Shown here one piece after another: positions 12,774-25,044 of a stretch of DNA of 64,000 nucleotides; position 1 is the stretch's first letter; each line of letters starts with the position of its first letter. Source of the DNA: Bispira polyomma. Lineage: Eukaryota. The translations under genes and the position numbers were made by a program. The DNA lies in NCBI GenBank assembly GCA_965649765.1, contig OZ287751.1, forward strand, positions 85,994,001 to 86,058,000. Reading direction: 5' to 3'. The notes beneath the pieces were generated by a model. That model did no database searches. It had not been told where the DNA came from and was given only the letters and a program-made list of their open reading frames with translations.

Positions 12774-15199
12774 TTTATAGGGGGTGCCAAGCGGGCCTGA
12801 GTATATAGTGGCTGTATCGATGTTAGTGTATTTCACACTGTGCGCTTTTGTCCTTTTTAAAAAGACATCTCTGGTTTTTAAGGTGCATTTGGTACCTATC
12901 TTTAATAACTTATTCTACTGTTCATTAATTATTTCCCGTCGATTTTAGGCTATAATCGAATGTTTATTGGTATTATAATCAGGGACTGATGACATTTTTA
13001 CTATCACTCTAGATGTCGTGTAAAAATGAAGTTTGTATGGTGTTTGCTTGGGGTTTGTGTGTTATGTGTGGATGTACATAACCTGGTGTGGGAAATTGTA
13101 TGCAAAAATTTTTAATTTTTAAACTGTTCAAAAATTATGCAAGCAAAACCCTTCAGACTGTAACATAGTTCGACATGGGTATTTGCATGACTGTTGCGAG
13201 AGGTGGCGTACTCATAATGATAAGTAACTGTGCGTGACTGTGTGTAATACCCATAATGTAGCCTGTAAATACGTAGGAATTACATCCACACACGTCTGTA
13301 AATGTGATTAGCATTGCTTTACCACAGTTTGCTTTTTGTGGCTACTAACATTAACATTTGCATAAGTTGTGACATCTTACAGGTTTGCCCCGTGTCATGT
13401 CGTGTTGTGGGCGGTTTGTAAAGCCATTTAAGGTATAGTATCACTGTTGGATTTACTAGATAAAACGAGATATGTGTATTCCTTGGTTGTGCAGTGTTAT
13501 TTCTTTGAAAAACTGCAAAATTCGTAATTTGATCACAATTCATTATTGCTTGTTCCATCTTGGACTGAGGAGGTTTAAGAAAATCCTAAGCTATTTGGAC
13601 ATTTGGAGTCGCGGATGCATTATCTGAGGATATAGCTGCGTAAACTTGACGCAAGTTCCAGTTTTTATATTACATTGAATATTTTAGAAATTCAATGCTT
13701 TTGTAAGAACAAATATTTCATTTCTATGTGTTATAAATCTATCATGACATATAGTTTTTATTGTCTAAATTGAAAACAGATAAAGTTATTTTAGAGTGAG
13801 TTTTCTGAAATTTTATAAAAATATTTTTTCTTTTTAAATCATTGTTTTGTATCAAATAGTACACCTTTTGCAAATATGTGCAGTTTTTCACCCTTAACAT
13901 ATACCACAAGCAAGCCAAGGATGTGCAAGATAAACACACCTAGAGAATATTATCTGTAGGTAGTGGTGGATCATGTGACTATTACGCTCAGCAGGAGTTT
14001 AATTCCATTAAAATAAGGCCAGAGTTGAGGATTCCTTTAACTGAGCAGTAAAGTGTGGCAGTGTCTAGCCTAATTCAACAAAGCCTTTACACAAGACGTA
14101 AGAACTATTTCTATATGTAACAGTTATGTCTGTATATATACTTGATGATATACTTAAACATAAATAGTTTGATGATAAACTCCACTCAACCTACTACTAC
14201 TGGGTAGATATGTTTGCAGTTCAGGTAACAGGTTTAACTTTCTTGTTGCGTAAAATGGCACAAAAAGTTTATTAGGACTATTTTTTCCGGGGCTGTTTTT
14301 CTAAGCACAATATTTTATCATAGCAATGTGTTACATCATGTGGGTAGTTAGGTAGTTAGAAAGTAAACAAATAGCTTAAAATTTATCCACATGGACAGAT
14401 AATATATAATTAACTTATTATCTTATCAACTATTAGATGATCAAATCTTGACCAGGAAATTTAATTACTACCCTAGACTTATTTATAAGTCTAAATGCCA
14501 CCAAGAGGCTCTTCACAAAGTATTAAACTACAATTTTTGATATATATTTTTATCAGTCATGTAGACATAATGAAAAAGCTTATCAGTAATAAGGAAGTAC
14601 GTAAAGTAAGTAAGTAAAGATAACCTACATAAGTACAACAAATAAAGTATTAGAAGGAAGCATTTATAATCGCAAGCATTGTTTGGTTAACATTTCAAAG
14701 TAATTTTTTTCATCAATTTTAAAAACTGATGTAGTAAGATAACAACCACAAACAATATATTACAATAAAAGTGACAAAGTATCATTTTAGATTTGTATTT
14801 TTTTCCTGGTGATAAATTTGACAGTAAAATGTACTGCTGTACTTTTGATCAACGTGTTACTTTCCTATTTCTGGATATTTCCCATGTAACTAATTTATAT
14901 ATTATCAATTCATTGACTGTTGTCTGTCAAATAGCCTCTTGTATTATCCAGAAATCCACATACATACACTACACAATACTGTTACACACCAATAGGACAA
15001 GGCCTTGTCATCTTTATTCATGTCTTTGTGTTAATACCAGAGATAAGAATGCTATCACTGGCCCCTTAAAGCGTATTGGTCAGGGGCAAAAACAGGTACA
15101 GTTTATGAACTTTTTTTCTAACACATTTTGTCAGATATTTTATTCTAACAGTCCCAACTTTGACTCTTTAGAAGTTTGATCCTTATGGTCGGAGATATG

Positions 15200-17162
15200 A
15201 ATCCGTTAGATCGTATTGCTGATAAGTTCGATCCTAGGGCAATACATCAGATCCTATCGATCTTAACCTAGGTCGGGGAGGCCGGGGAAGTTTTACTACA
15301 GACCTCAAGTTTGATCGTGGTAGGTGTCCTGTCAAAATGGGACGCAAGCAGTTCAGACGGGAAGGTTGCCCCACATTTTCATTTTCACGCCTTTTTCGCT
15401 CCGACTGTCCCGACTTTGAAATCGCCCCCATATTGCCGATCGAAGTTGAATGTGGAACCACACCTTTATGGTACTATTCCACCACCAAGACTAGTCATGT
15501 GCATTTTGCTCCCTGACGTGTGTCGAAAACCATGTACCCAGACAGTTTTTATTGTTCAGTCAAGAGGAAAATATGGTTCTACAGAGACTAATAGAGGTCC
15601 CCAACTTTTAGTTGCCCACATGCAACTACAAGTAATGACTAATTTAGACATTGAAGGAATAATAATAATAAGAAGAGATCTCAGAGAGGCATATAATCCA
15701 GATGTTCACGGAAAGGTTGGCAGAAGAAGAGCAAAACGTAGGTTCTAGGTCAGGCCATGGCTTATGGGAAGGGAAGAACATGGTCATTACACAGCACTTC
15801 TGCCATGCATAGAGATGCCAGATGTCTAATCTTACAGGAATTTTCTGAGGATGTTTCCTGAATTATTCCAGAAAATGGAGAGGAGGATGGGGCACAGGAT
15901 ACACAAACAGACCAACTAGTTCAGGAAACCATTGTCTTCTGGACTCAAGATAGCTTTCACTTTGAGGCATTTGTCAACTGAGGAGTCATACACATCACTG
16001 CAGTACTCTTTTATAGTGAGCAGGTCAACTATGACCAAGTTTGTGCCAGAACTTTGCCAGGCCATCATAGATGGGTTCCAGGAAGGATTTCTGTCCTGCC
16101 CCACCAGTCCAGAAGACTGGATAAATATAGACAATAAATCAGTCCATCAACTTCGCCCCTCCTAAACCCATCAGCCCTTTTAGCATACCCCCATCCCCTA
16201 CCTTATTTTTGGAGTTGATGCCTTTAGACTGAAGACCTGGCTCATGAAACCCTTTTCCAGACCAGGGATGGACCTGAATGAGAGTATTTACAACTGCAGG
16301 ATTTCCCGGGAGAGAATGGTGTCAGATAATTCCTTTGGGTTCCTAGTACAGAGGTTCAGGGTTCTACTCTCCACCAAGCAGCAAGAACCAATAGTAGCAG
16401 CCACCGGAGCCCCAGCCTGTATTGTCCTACAAATCATGAGAACTACTACTATTAACCTGGCAATACAGCACCCAAATCCAGCAGAGGACCCACCCATCCG
16501 ACAGAAAGCACTAACAGGAAATAATAACCCACCTGACAGTAGGAATCCTAGCAAAGCAGCCAAGGAATAGAAAGACACACTTATGGGCTACTTCTTAAAC
16601 GATGGAGCAGTGCGTTGGCAGAATGACCGAGTATAAACCCTACCCTAAGCCTACACCTGAGCCTGCAAGAACAAACCAGTCCTTGTGATGACCAACCTAA
16701 AAGGCCCTTTTCAGGGCCACGCAAAACTTTCCAAAACAATTACTGAGCTTGTGTTTCATTTTACAAAAAGAAAAAAAAACCTCATCACAAGAAGCAAACT
16801 GGGACCACAAATAAATAACCTCACGTACATACAAAACAAAAACTACTTGCCCTCTAGACACATAATAAATGAAAATAAATAGTGAAAAACAAAGGTAGGG
16901 GGCGACTGAAAATATAAGTCATTGGATGGAAAGATAAATCGTAAGAAGGTTATGAGTGACCCTGAGTGAACATGACTTATTGGCCGATGGTCACCCACTT
17001 GCAGACGTTTTCTAGCATGTTTGAAAACCTCGTCGAAGAACCCGAGCACCAAAGATATTTCATACGAGCTCAACAACCTCCACAATTATGTCCTTGAGTA
17101 TGGCCAGAACGCATAGTCGTAACATAGTCAGGGGCTTTGATCGGCATACTGGAACAGGGGTA
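15200..17162 (+). mobile_element. PIF/Harbinger DNA transposon, degenerate (left boundary approximate)
   Basis: Contains the transposase remnant. Right end ...actggaacaggggta followed by TTA. CGATC-rich subterminal regions at both ends. Confidence 0.65.
15620..16636 (+). pseudogene. Harbinger (HARBI1/ALP1-like) DDE transposase pseudogene
   Basis: Reads RRF*VRPWL...YRNFLRM...FRKPLSSGLKIAFTLRHLST..SYTSLQYSF.VSRST, then after a deletion DAFRLKTWLMKPFS...YNCRISRERMVSDNSFGFLVQRFRVL...GAVRWQ. Several stops, and the central catalytic region is missing. Confidence 0.9.
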
Positions 17163-18111
17163 TTAGGAAAACAAAGGATCTGTGTTCAGCCCTAGGTTGG
17201 GTACAGGTAGATGTACCGTGTATTATATGCCATTTTAATAGACTCTGTTATATCTCAGGTACAAGATGAGTAGTAGATAATCCAGGCCCTCTTGTAAATC
17301 AAAGTTACCATATAATAACGAGAGCTCTTAACCTAAAGTAAAGGACACTATACCGTATAGAATCATTCCACAGTCCACAAATTATCAAATAATATGCATT
17401 ATTTATGATATTCATCTTTCAAATGTCACCACTAAATATCTCTATTAAATAAATCTCAGAACAAACTCAATAAAAAACCCAGCTCGAAAGTTTTAATTAA
17501 ATGGTATAAACTTAATAAAAATGCCTGTGACAAGTTTTTTTTTTCTCAAGAGATTCAGGTGAAGCATGTTTTATATAAGAATTTATGTGCAGAAAAACCC
17601 CCTATCTTTTATTAAGAGGAAAACAAGTGAGAAAAACGGATACAGGTATCTCATGCTTTATAGTCTTCAAAGTCTTATTGTTATGTCATTTGTCATAAAT
17701 TATATTAACAAAAAAAAAAACCCCTTTGATGGAGGTATTAAAAATTAATCACTTATCTGTTCTCATCTTTAGGAAATTAATCAGATGCATATGATAGAGG
17801 TTTGAAATAGTGGATTTTTGTTCATAAACTTTAAGGTGTAGTGCATATCTTTTTTCATCATATTTTCTTTGATAAATTAATCAGACGAATAAGATGAATC
17901 TTTGAAATTGTGGAGATCGGTGGTTTCTCTAAACTGTGAAGTAGGGCACGTTTTTGTTACTATCACATTTTCAAAGCAATTAAAGTGTTTTTGAGAATGA
18001 ATGACATATCTGCTAACACTGTTTAGGTTGCACATATAGACAATATTTTATATGAAAATGTGTATATGTATATAGTGGGTTGTATAAAACCTTTCACCTT
18101 TCAATAGTAAT

Positions 18112-18322
18112 CAGTGTAACTGGATTAATCTTGATATGATCACAAAGGGGGTCTGTTTCTGGCAAGGGGGGTCAGTATTTGGCAAGTTGGCTGCCATATT
18201 TTTCCCCCTTGATCCTCCTATTGTTGGGGGGGTGCAGAATTTGTTTGCCAAACACTCTCCCCCCTAAAGATCAAAGAGGGGAGTAAAAATATGGCAGGGG
18301 GTGATTTTATGGCGTTACACCG
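18112..18322. mobile_element. Small MITE with C(A/G)GTGTAAC termini
   Basis: cagtgtaac ... gttacaccg, with internal inverted ggggg/ccccc and tggca/tgcca motifs. Confidence 0.5.
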
Positions 18323-18394
18323 GCCCAAGTTTCATGTAAACCAATTAAGTAGTTTTTGTGTAATCATGGAAATGGATAAACAACATAAAGACTA

Positions 18395-19145
18395 AAGGAG
18401 CGAATAGCCTGGCCGATTTTGCTTCCGAATCTGTCATCCGACATCCGTTCCAGTCATCTAACGTCCGAATTTGCAAATACACTACATCCGAAAACCTGGC
18501 TGATTTTTCTGATGTTCATGTTTAAAAAAAAAACAAGCAAAAAAAAACATAAAAATAAAAAATCAATGAAATAACTTTACCTTCCCATCCGTCATCCAAA
18601 AAAAAATCGGTCCTTGACTTATTTTTAAAATCGGCTTCTGAATCTAAGTTGACGTCGGCCAGGTGTATGCTACTTCTATATTTTATTATTTTTTTTTTTT
18701 GGATGACGGAAACGGACGTCGGATGACGGATTCGGAAGCAAAATCGGACAGGTATATTCTCCCTTTTAAGGGGAGCAAAATCGCACAGGTGTATTCTCCC
18801 AAGAGGCGAATAGACCTGGCCGATTTTGCTTCCGAATCCGTCATCCAAGGGTAGAATATTCTCCTTTTTAAGGGGCAAATAGACCTGGCCAATTTTGATT
18901 CCGGATCCGTCATCCAAGGGTAATATACCTGTTCGATTTTGCTTCCGAATCCGTCATCCGACATCCGTTTCTGTCATGCGAAATGCTATATGTATATTTT
19001 TTAAAAATCGGCTCCCGAATCTGAGGTGACATCTGCAGGGTGTATTCTACTTCTCTATTTCTTGATATTTTGATTTTTTCAGATGACGGAAATGGACGTA
19101 GAATAACGGATTCGGGGGCAAAATCGGCCAGGTATATTCCTCCCT
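18395..19145. mobile_element. Tandem/nested cluster of Kolobok-like MITEs
   Basis: Long TIR aggggagaatatacctggccgattttgcttccgaatccgtcatccgac repeated in both orientations. Units joined at TTAA (ccctttTAAgggg at ~18765 and ~18870; ccctTAA at 19145). Confidence 0.7.
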
Positions 19146-20018
19146 TAAAGTGAAAACATCACCTCTACGGTGGAGGTAAATATTGTAGTCATTGTATAAT
19201 TTTAAAAATATCTGTAAAAACAAGGGTTGTCTTTTAAAAAGGACACATGCACACAGTGTGAGAAATTGCTGTAAAGCCAGGAGTCTGGGATCCCACGAAG
19301 GTCTGATGTTTAGTATCGACCAACTCCATTGACGAATATAAAAAAAATTGTGTAGAAGCATTCTGCCAGTGAAACTTGAACTACATGGTTAAATACGAAT
19401 GTCATATTATATGATGGTACCATATTCTGTTGTGAGAAATACAATTAAATATTCATCTAACACTCCATCAGTTTGGTCTGGTCGATTGCTTTCAACTCAT
19501 TCATATTATTTTCAACATGGCGGTTGTGCCTGATAATCGCCTGATAATATAAATCTATCATCCCTGAGTTTAGATGGGTCTATTGCTTTCAACCAATCCA
19601 TGAAGGCCTTACATATTATTTCAAAGATGGCGGACCCTTGTATGAGTGAAAACAATGTCAGGCTGTGCGTGATAAAAAACTTTAGGTATACTACTCCACC
19701 TTGAAAAAACACTTTGTCATATGTATATAGGATTTTATCGTCTTTCTCTTTTGATTTGGTGTGTTTAGAAATAAGTTATTTGTGTAAATGAAGTATACGT
19801 ATGTATTTAAATGATACACGTTTTAGGACTAGACAGGGGGAAAACAGTACTGATGCCTTATGTGGCAATACCTGTAACTTTGACAAAGTGTAGTCCTCGT
19901 CTTGTCTATTTGGAATAGTGACAAACATATTTAGATGTTTTATGATAAACATCTCTTATGTTTACCCATTAGACTGTGTCCTAACATGTATAATAAATAT
20001 ATGGGACTGTATACGATA

Positions 20019-20077
20019 GGATTCGAACCCATATTGGTGAGAGGCCAGTGATTATTAGGCTAATGCTTCCTTACCAT
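20019..20077 (-). mobile_element. SINE family A head fragment, inverted against the adjacent copy
   Basis: Reverse complement of 20086-20143. Confidence 0.8.
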
Positions 20078-20078
20078 T

Positions 20079-20283
20079 GACCTAGTGGTTCAGAAGCATT
20101 AGCTTCATAATCACTGGCCTCTTACCAATGTGGGTTCGAACCCGATTCCGGTCCTTTATAAGGGAAAGTTTGTCAGGTACTTGCCATAGGGCTTCAGCAC
20201 TGTTTTTTTTGCACCATTATAAATCTGACTGCTGTAATATTACCTTAGCTGTTGAATACAAAGTCAAAACAAACTAAATTTCA
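20079..20283 (+). mobile_element. SINE family A, near full length
   Basis: A-box-like cctagtggtt, B-box gggttcgaacc, body gtttgtcaggtacttgccatagg, tail accttagctgttgaa. Confidence 0.85.
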
Positions 20284-20553
20284 GAAATTCATCTGTGTGG
20301 TGAAAGATCATAAGAAGTTTTTTTAAGTTTGTACGATAGGAGTTAAAATTGCTTTCAACACGTTAGCGGTTCTCCGGTGAAGAAAATCTGGATAGGATAT
20401 TTTGTCAAGATTTTCTGCTGTGCAAACCACAGGTTTTCAAAAAGTTCATGTTGCCAACATTCCCATATACATTCTAGATTCAACTCACGACTGTCGATGT
20501 GGGAGACATGTATGGTACCACTACATCACTGAGACCTTCGAAAAGCTATTCTC

Positions 20554-20838
20554 AAGGCCTTTATAGACCGCTGACTATACAACCAAAAATTTGAAACCAA
20601 AAAATATACAAAGATTATATAGATTATAAACAACACAGCAATTTAACTTGGGGAAATGTCTAAAAAACGCTGTGTCGTTGCATATATTGTACACAGTATC
20701 CATATGATGTGAATGTACAACAAAACAGCAGGATGTATATTTGATATTTATTATGCAGTATCGTGTGTGATGTACATATTACTGTCGTGTTGTGCCGTGC
20801 CGTCCACTGTAGTGTAGTCGGCTGTCTATGAAGGCCTT
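20554..20838. mobile_element. Harbinger-like MITE
   Basis: TIR aaggcctttatagaccgctgactatac / gtgtagtcggctgtctatgaaggcctt. Confidence 0.7.
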
Positions 20839-21768
20839 ATGAACAGAGTTAATCACACTGAGATAAATTAAAAGATGTGATCCTCCTGCCTTTATATATG
20901 TAGTCATATAACTACTTATACATTATTTACATGGACAACGATTTTGTGTCTGAAATAAAGATCACCTATCTGTCTATACATAAAAAAACCCTCAAAATTG
21001 GCTCAATTTAAGCAAGGAAAATATGGTCGGCAAAGAAGACACATCGTCTGCTGAATGGAAAGCCGGTGACCATCCCATTTGAGCCAATTTGGCAAAAAAG
21101 TTATTAGATATCTTTACAGCCCAAACTGTCCATGTTTGAATGGCTATTCTTAGTCCACATTACATAAGAAATGTCAGAAGTTGTAAAATATTCATGCATA
21201 TAATAAATTATTTGTACAATTTTTTTCCAGAAAATACTGGTTTCTTTGTATTAATAAGAATTAACATGAGCCTTCAAATTACAAAATTACAATATTAATT
21301 TTATTCAGTACTATTGCACAGGTATATGGCTGTCATCAGTTCTATCTTCCATGACGGCAGATATGTGAGAGATAAAAATAATTGACACATATTCAACCAT
21401 AATGAAAACATTACTAATGCTGTATGCGATGGGCAAGTCACTATGCCTTGCCATTAGTTTCTGTAGTTTTTGGCTTGTTAATAATATTTTGGTCTTATAA
21501 CAGTGAAAAGTAAATAGAATATACAAATGTGGTTATACTAATAGTCAGTATACAACAATAAACATGAATTAATAAATAATATTAACAAACCTAATTATTA
21601 GTAAGATTAATGTAACTGTATCAACTTTGGCCGTTGATATATACACCCCATTTGGTTCATAACATGGGCATGTGTATTTCTAGCAGCTGTCTGATAGGGC
21701 GTAAAGTTGATATAATATTGATATTTTTCCTCTTTTTTTGATGAACGTTTGTGTGAAATGAACCTGTA

Positions 21769-21992
21769 CATTGCGCTTCACAATCACTGGTCTCTCACCT
21801 CTGGGCGGCGTGAGTTCGACTCCCGTCAAAGCCTATGCGGGAAAGGTGGTAGTTCCTTACTGTGTGCCGCTGGTTTCAGTGCAGAACCTTGATCAACTGT
21901 ATGCAGTGTTTCCTCCAGTATTTCCAGCTACACGTCCCAATATAACTTAAACAGGTACTAGAGTGGACATTAAATATCCCAATTCAAATTCA
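21769..21992 (+). mobile_element. SINE family B, 5'-truncated
   Basis: Colinear with the reverse complement of 59415-59666. B-box gagttcgactcc. Confidence 0.85.
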
Positions 21993-22537
21993 ATTCTACT
22001 TCTATAGCACCACAATCGATGACCAGGCATCCTCTGTGTCGCCCATGGCAGTCAATATGCAAACGAATAGTCCGATAGTAGAAAAGGTTTGTGATCAGAG
22101 TTCAGTTGTAACCAGCTGACAAATGTTTAGGTGTAGGAAGCACAAGTTGATACGGATATGCTTTGAGGTTTTTTTTGAAGGCTGTAATCCTTGTCTTAGT
22201 ATGATGATTGACAGGGAGACTATTTAAACAAGCAGTTGGTGCAACATTACTAGAATATGAACCTGCTAGGGTTTTGGGGTAAGAAGTCGGAGGTGGCGAA
22301 ACAATTTCCTCTTGTGAGATTGCTGAGACTGAGAGATACCATAGATAAGTACGATGGCTGCTGCATATGGACTGTCTTAAAAATAAAGACATTTACTTTG
22401 ATTTTTTTACAGAACTAAATCGGTAGCCAGTGCATTTTTTTGAAGCAAAGGAGTGGTGTTTCAACGTGGAACAGCATGTCATACAATTCTGCATAGATTG
22501 TTTTGAATTTTTTGCAACTTATACCTGTTGCCAAAGG
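21992..22537 (-). mobile_element. L2 LINE 3' fragment
   Basis: Degenerate HWLP...FKKNLKAY C-terminus and 3'UTR ending ...cgattgtggtgctatagaagt, shared with 50870-51045. Confidence 0.7.
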
Positions 22538-22775
22538 TAAATTGAAATGGTTTGACATAATTGTTAATTAGATAGAGGGATTGATAGATATATATTTTTA
22601 TTATACTCCCACTTGGTAAATATAAACACATAATACAATCAATAAAATGCTAGAACCAGACAGCCATTTGTGGCTTATATGGGAGTTTACATGTAAAATT
22701 AGATTGTATGTACAAATACAGCTTTAATATAATATTAGTATTAAATGTATAATATCATATATATAAAATTACAAT

Positions 22776-25040
22776 ATTGTAATTGTAATTAGACTTTTAT
22801 TGCGCTTAATCTCCCCTTAACAAAGGGGACTCTAAGGCGCACCAGCACAAAAGACAGTTATCCAATTTCCAAAATCAAGGGACAGACAAAGGGTCAGCAA
22901 CATAGAGCACGTCGGGGGATGATTGAGACTAATGTGGATATGCTTTAGTGTACAAGTGGATTTTAAGCTTCTTTCTAAAACAGGCTAGTGAGGGGGAAGC
23001 ACGAATCACATCAGGAAGACCATTCCAAACAATGGGAGCATCAAAAGCAAAGCTGTGACCAAACTGTTTAACCAACTTTTGAGTAGATGGGTGGAACTTT
23101 GGAACAACAAGGAAATTGCTACCACTCTGACTACGTCTGGTATTGTAGGAACTACTGTAAGTGGAAAGATATGGGGCAAAATACTTTCGAAACCCAGTGT
23201 GGAGAAACTTATAAACAAGTGTAGCTGTCTTAAACACTGAACGCTGTTCAGCAGGGAGCCAATGCAATTTCTTAAGAACAGGAGTTATACTAGTGTATCG
23301 ACTGGTGTTTGACACAATTCTAGCTGCACTATTTTGAATGCATTATAATTTGCGTAAATTAAACTTTGAGAGACTCCTGAAAAGTGAATTGCAGTAATCC
23401 AGTCTACTACTGACAAAAGCATTGGCCACAAGTATAGAAGCATCATAAGTGAGAAACCGTCTGACACGTCTAAAGTCACAGAGTTGCATAAAACAGCTTT
23501 TGCAGACACTCTGAAGGTGTTTAGAGAAAGAAAAGTCAGAGTCAAACCATACACCCAGGTTCTTGACAGAATCAACTGGACTGAAAGGGCTATCCAGGAT
23601 GTCAACTGGAAACAATGCTTTCAACTTATCCCTCTGTTGTTTTGAGCCAAAGATTATGAACTCAGTGTTGTCGAGATTAAGTTTGAGTTTACCAGTTGAC
23701 AACCACTCTTTCACATCGTCAAGGCACCTGTTCAACTGTTCAAAGGCAGTAGATGTGTTTTTATGGGATAGGTGCACATAAATTTGGGTATCATCTGCAT
23801 AAAAATGAAACTTTATTCCTGTGTATTTGCCAATAACCAATCTGAGAGGGGCAGTGTGTAATGAGAACAACAGAGGGCCCAAAACAGAACCTTGAGGGAC
23901 ACCAAACAAGAGTTTACAAAGATCGGACAGAGAAGAGCCAATTTTTATCGACTGACAACGATTAGTTAAGTAGGAAGTGAACCATTTAAGAACAGAGCCC
24001 CTAACTCCAAACCAAGTCTGAAGACAACTGAGAAGCGTGGAATGATCAATGGTATCAAAGGCAGCAGAGAGGTCGAGCAATACCAGGGCAGTAGGTTCCC
24101 CTCTTGACAAAGACAGGTGAACTTCATTGTTTATAGACAGAAGAGCTGTCTCAGTCGAATGACCAGTTTTGTACGCAGACTGGTATGGGTTGCCTAAGTC
24201 GTGGACAAAGATGTGATCTAACAGTTGCATAGCAACCACGCGTTCAACCAGTTTTGATATGAAACTAAGACCAGATACAGGGCGATAATTCTTCAGGTCA
24301 TCAACTGGAAGAGAAGCCTTCTTAATAAGAGGAGTAACCCCAGCTGTTTTAAAACCATCAGGTACATCAGGTCCCTCCGCAAGTGAGCAGTTTACAAGCT
24401 TTGTAATGGATGATAGTAATACATCACTACATTCTTTAATAAGAAATGTTGGCCATGGATCCAACATGCAGGATTTTGTAGGCGAGTTACTTATTATTTT
24501 ACTAACATCATCTTCAGAGACTCTGGTAATTTCTGGGGGATCAGAAAGAGGATGGACATCAATTTTAGTTCCAGAGACAGCAAAAGTATCTCTAATTCTC
24601 TTAATTTTGTTTGAAAAAAAGGAAGCAAACTTATCAGCTAGTGATTTATCAGAATCATCGGACGGGAGTGCCACATTGGTATCCATATTAAGGGTCTTGC
24701 GCAATGCGTGCCACAGCTTCCTGGAGTTGTGACTGTTGTCAGAGATAAGTTTGCTGTAATACACCGACTTATCCTCGTTAACAAGTACATTGCACCGAGC
24801 AATCTGGCGACGTAGTCGACTTCTATTTAATGGATTCTTGGCCCTTCGCCAAGTTCTTTCATATTGGCGCCTGAAAGATTTTGCCCGTCGGTAAGAGTCA
24901 GAGAGCCAATGCACAGAATCTTTCTTTGACATTCTGGATACAAGTGGTGCATGCTTATCTAGTACATCACCCAAGTCATGTATGTATTGTCGATAAAGTT
25001 TGGCTACAGAATTGGCTGGTGACTTAATAAAGGAAGTACT
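22776..25040 (-). mobile_element. L2-clade LINE (element A), 5'-truncated
   Basis: RT ORF, 3' stem-loop gcgccttagagtccccttt..aggggagattaagcgc and (ATTACA)n tail. Confidence 0.95.
22929..25040 (-). pseudogene. L2 ORF2 reverse transcriptase, one nonsense codon
   Basis: NYRPVS, DLSAAFDT, GVPQGSVLGP, YADD, SRLDYCNSL, ITPVLKKLHWLP. ORFs 23343-24974 and 22929-23315 are in frame and split only by TAA at 23343-23345. Confidence 0.95.
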
Positions 25041-25044
25041 ACAT

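Noticed and set aside
935-15179. Many 60-130 aa ORFs in AT-rich DNA
   Set aside because: F/I/L/K/Y-biased composition, often non-ATG starts, and no splice or domain support. This is consistent with random ORFs.
18395-19145. CRISPR array, or coding ORFs 18522-18964
   Set aside because: The repeats occur in both orientations as TIRs, and the ORFs are translations of those repeats.
21769-21830. tRNA genes at SINE heads (also 20079, 50797, 59666)
   Set aside because: A/B boxes are present but I could not form a closed cloverleaf, and the sequence continues into a shared SINE body.
23055-24732. Plus-strand ORFs inside L2 element A (and 25946-26251 inside B)
   Set aside because: These are antisense or alternate frames of the RT coding sequence.
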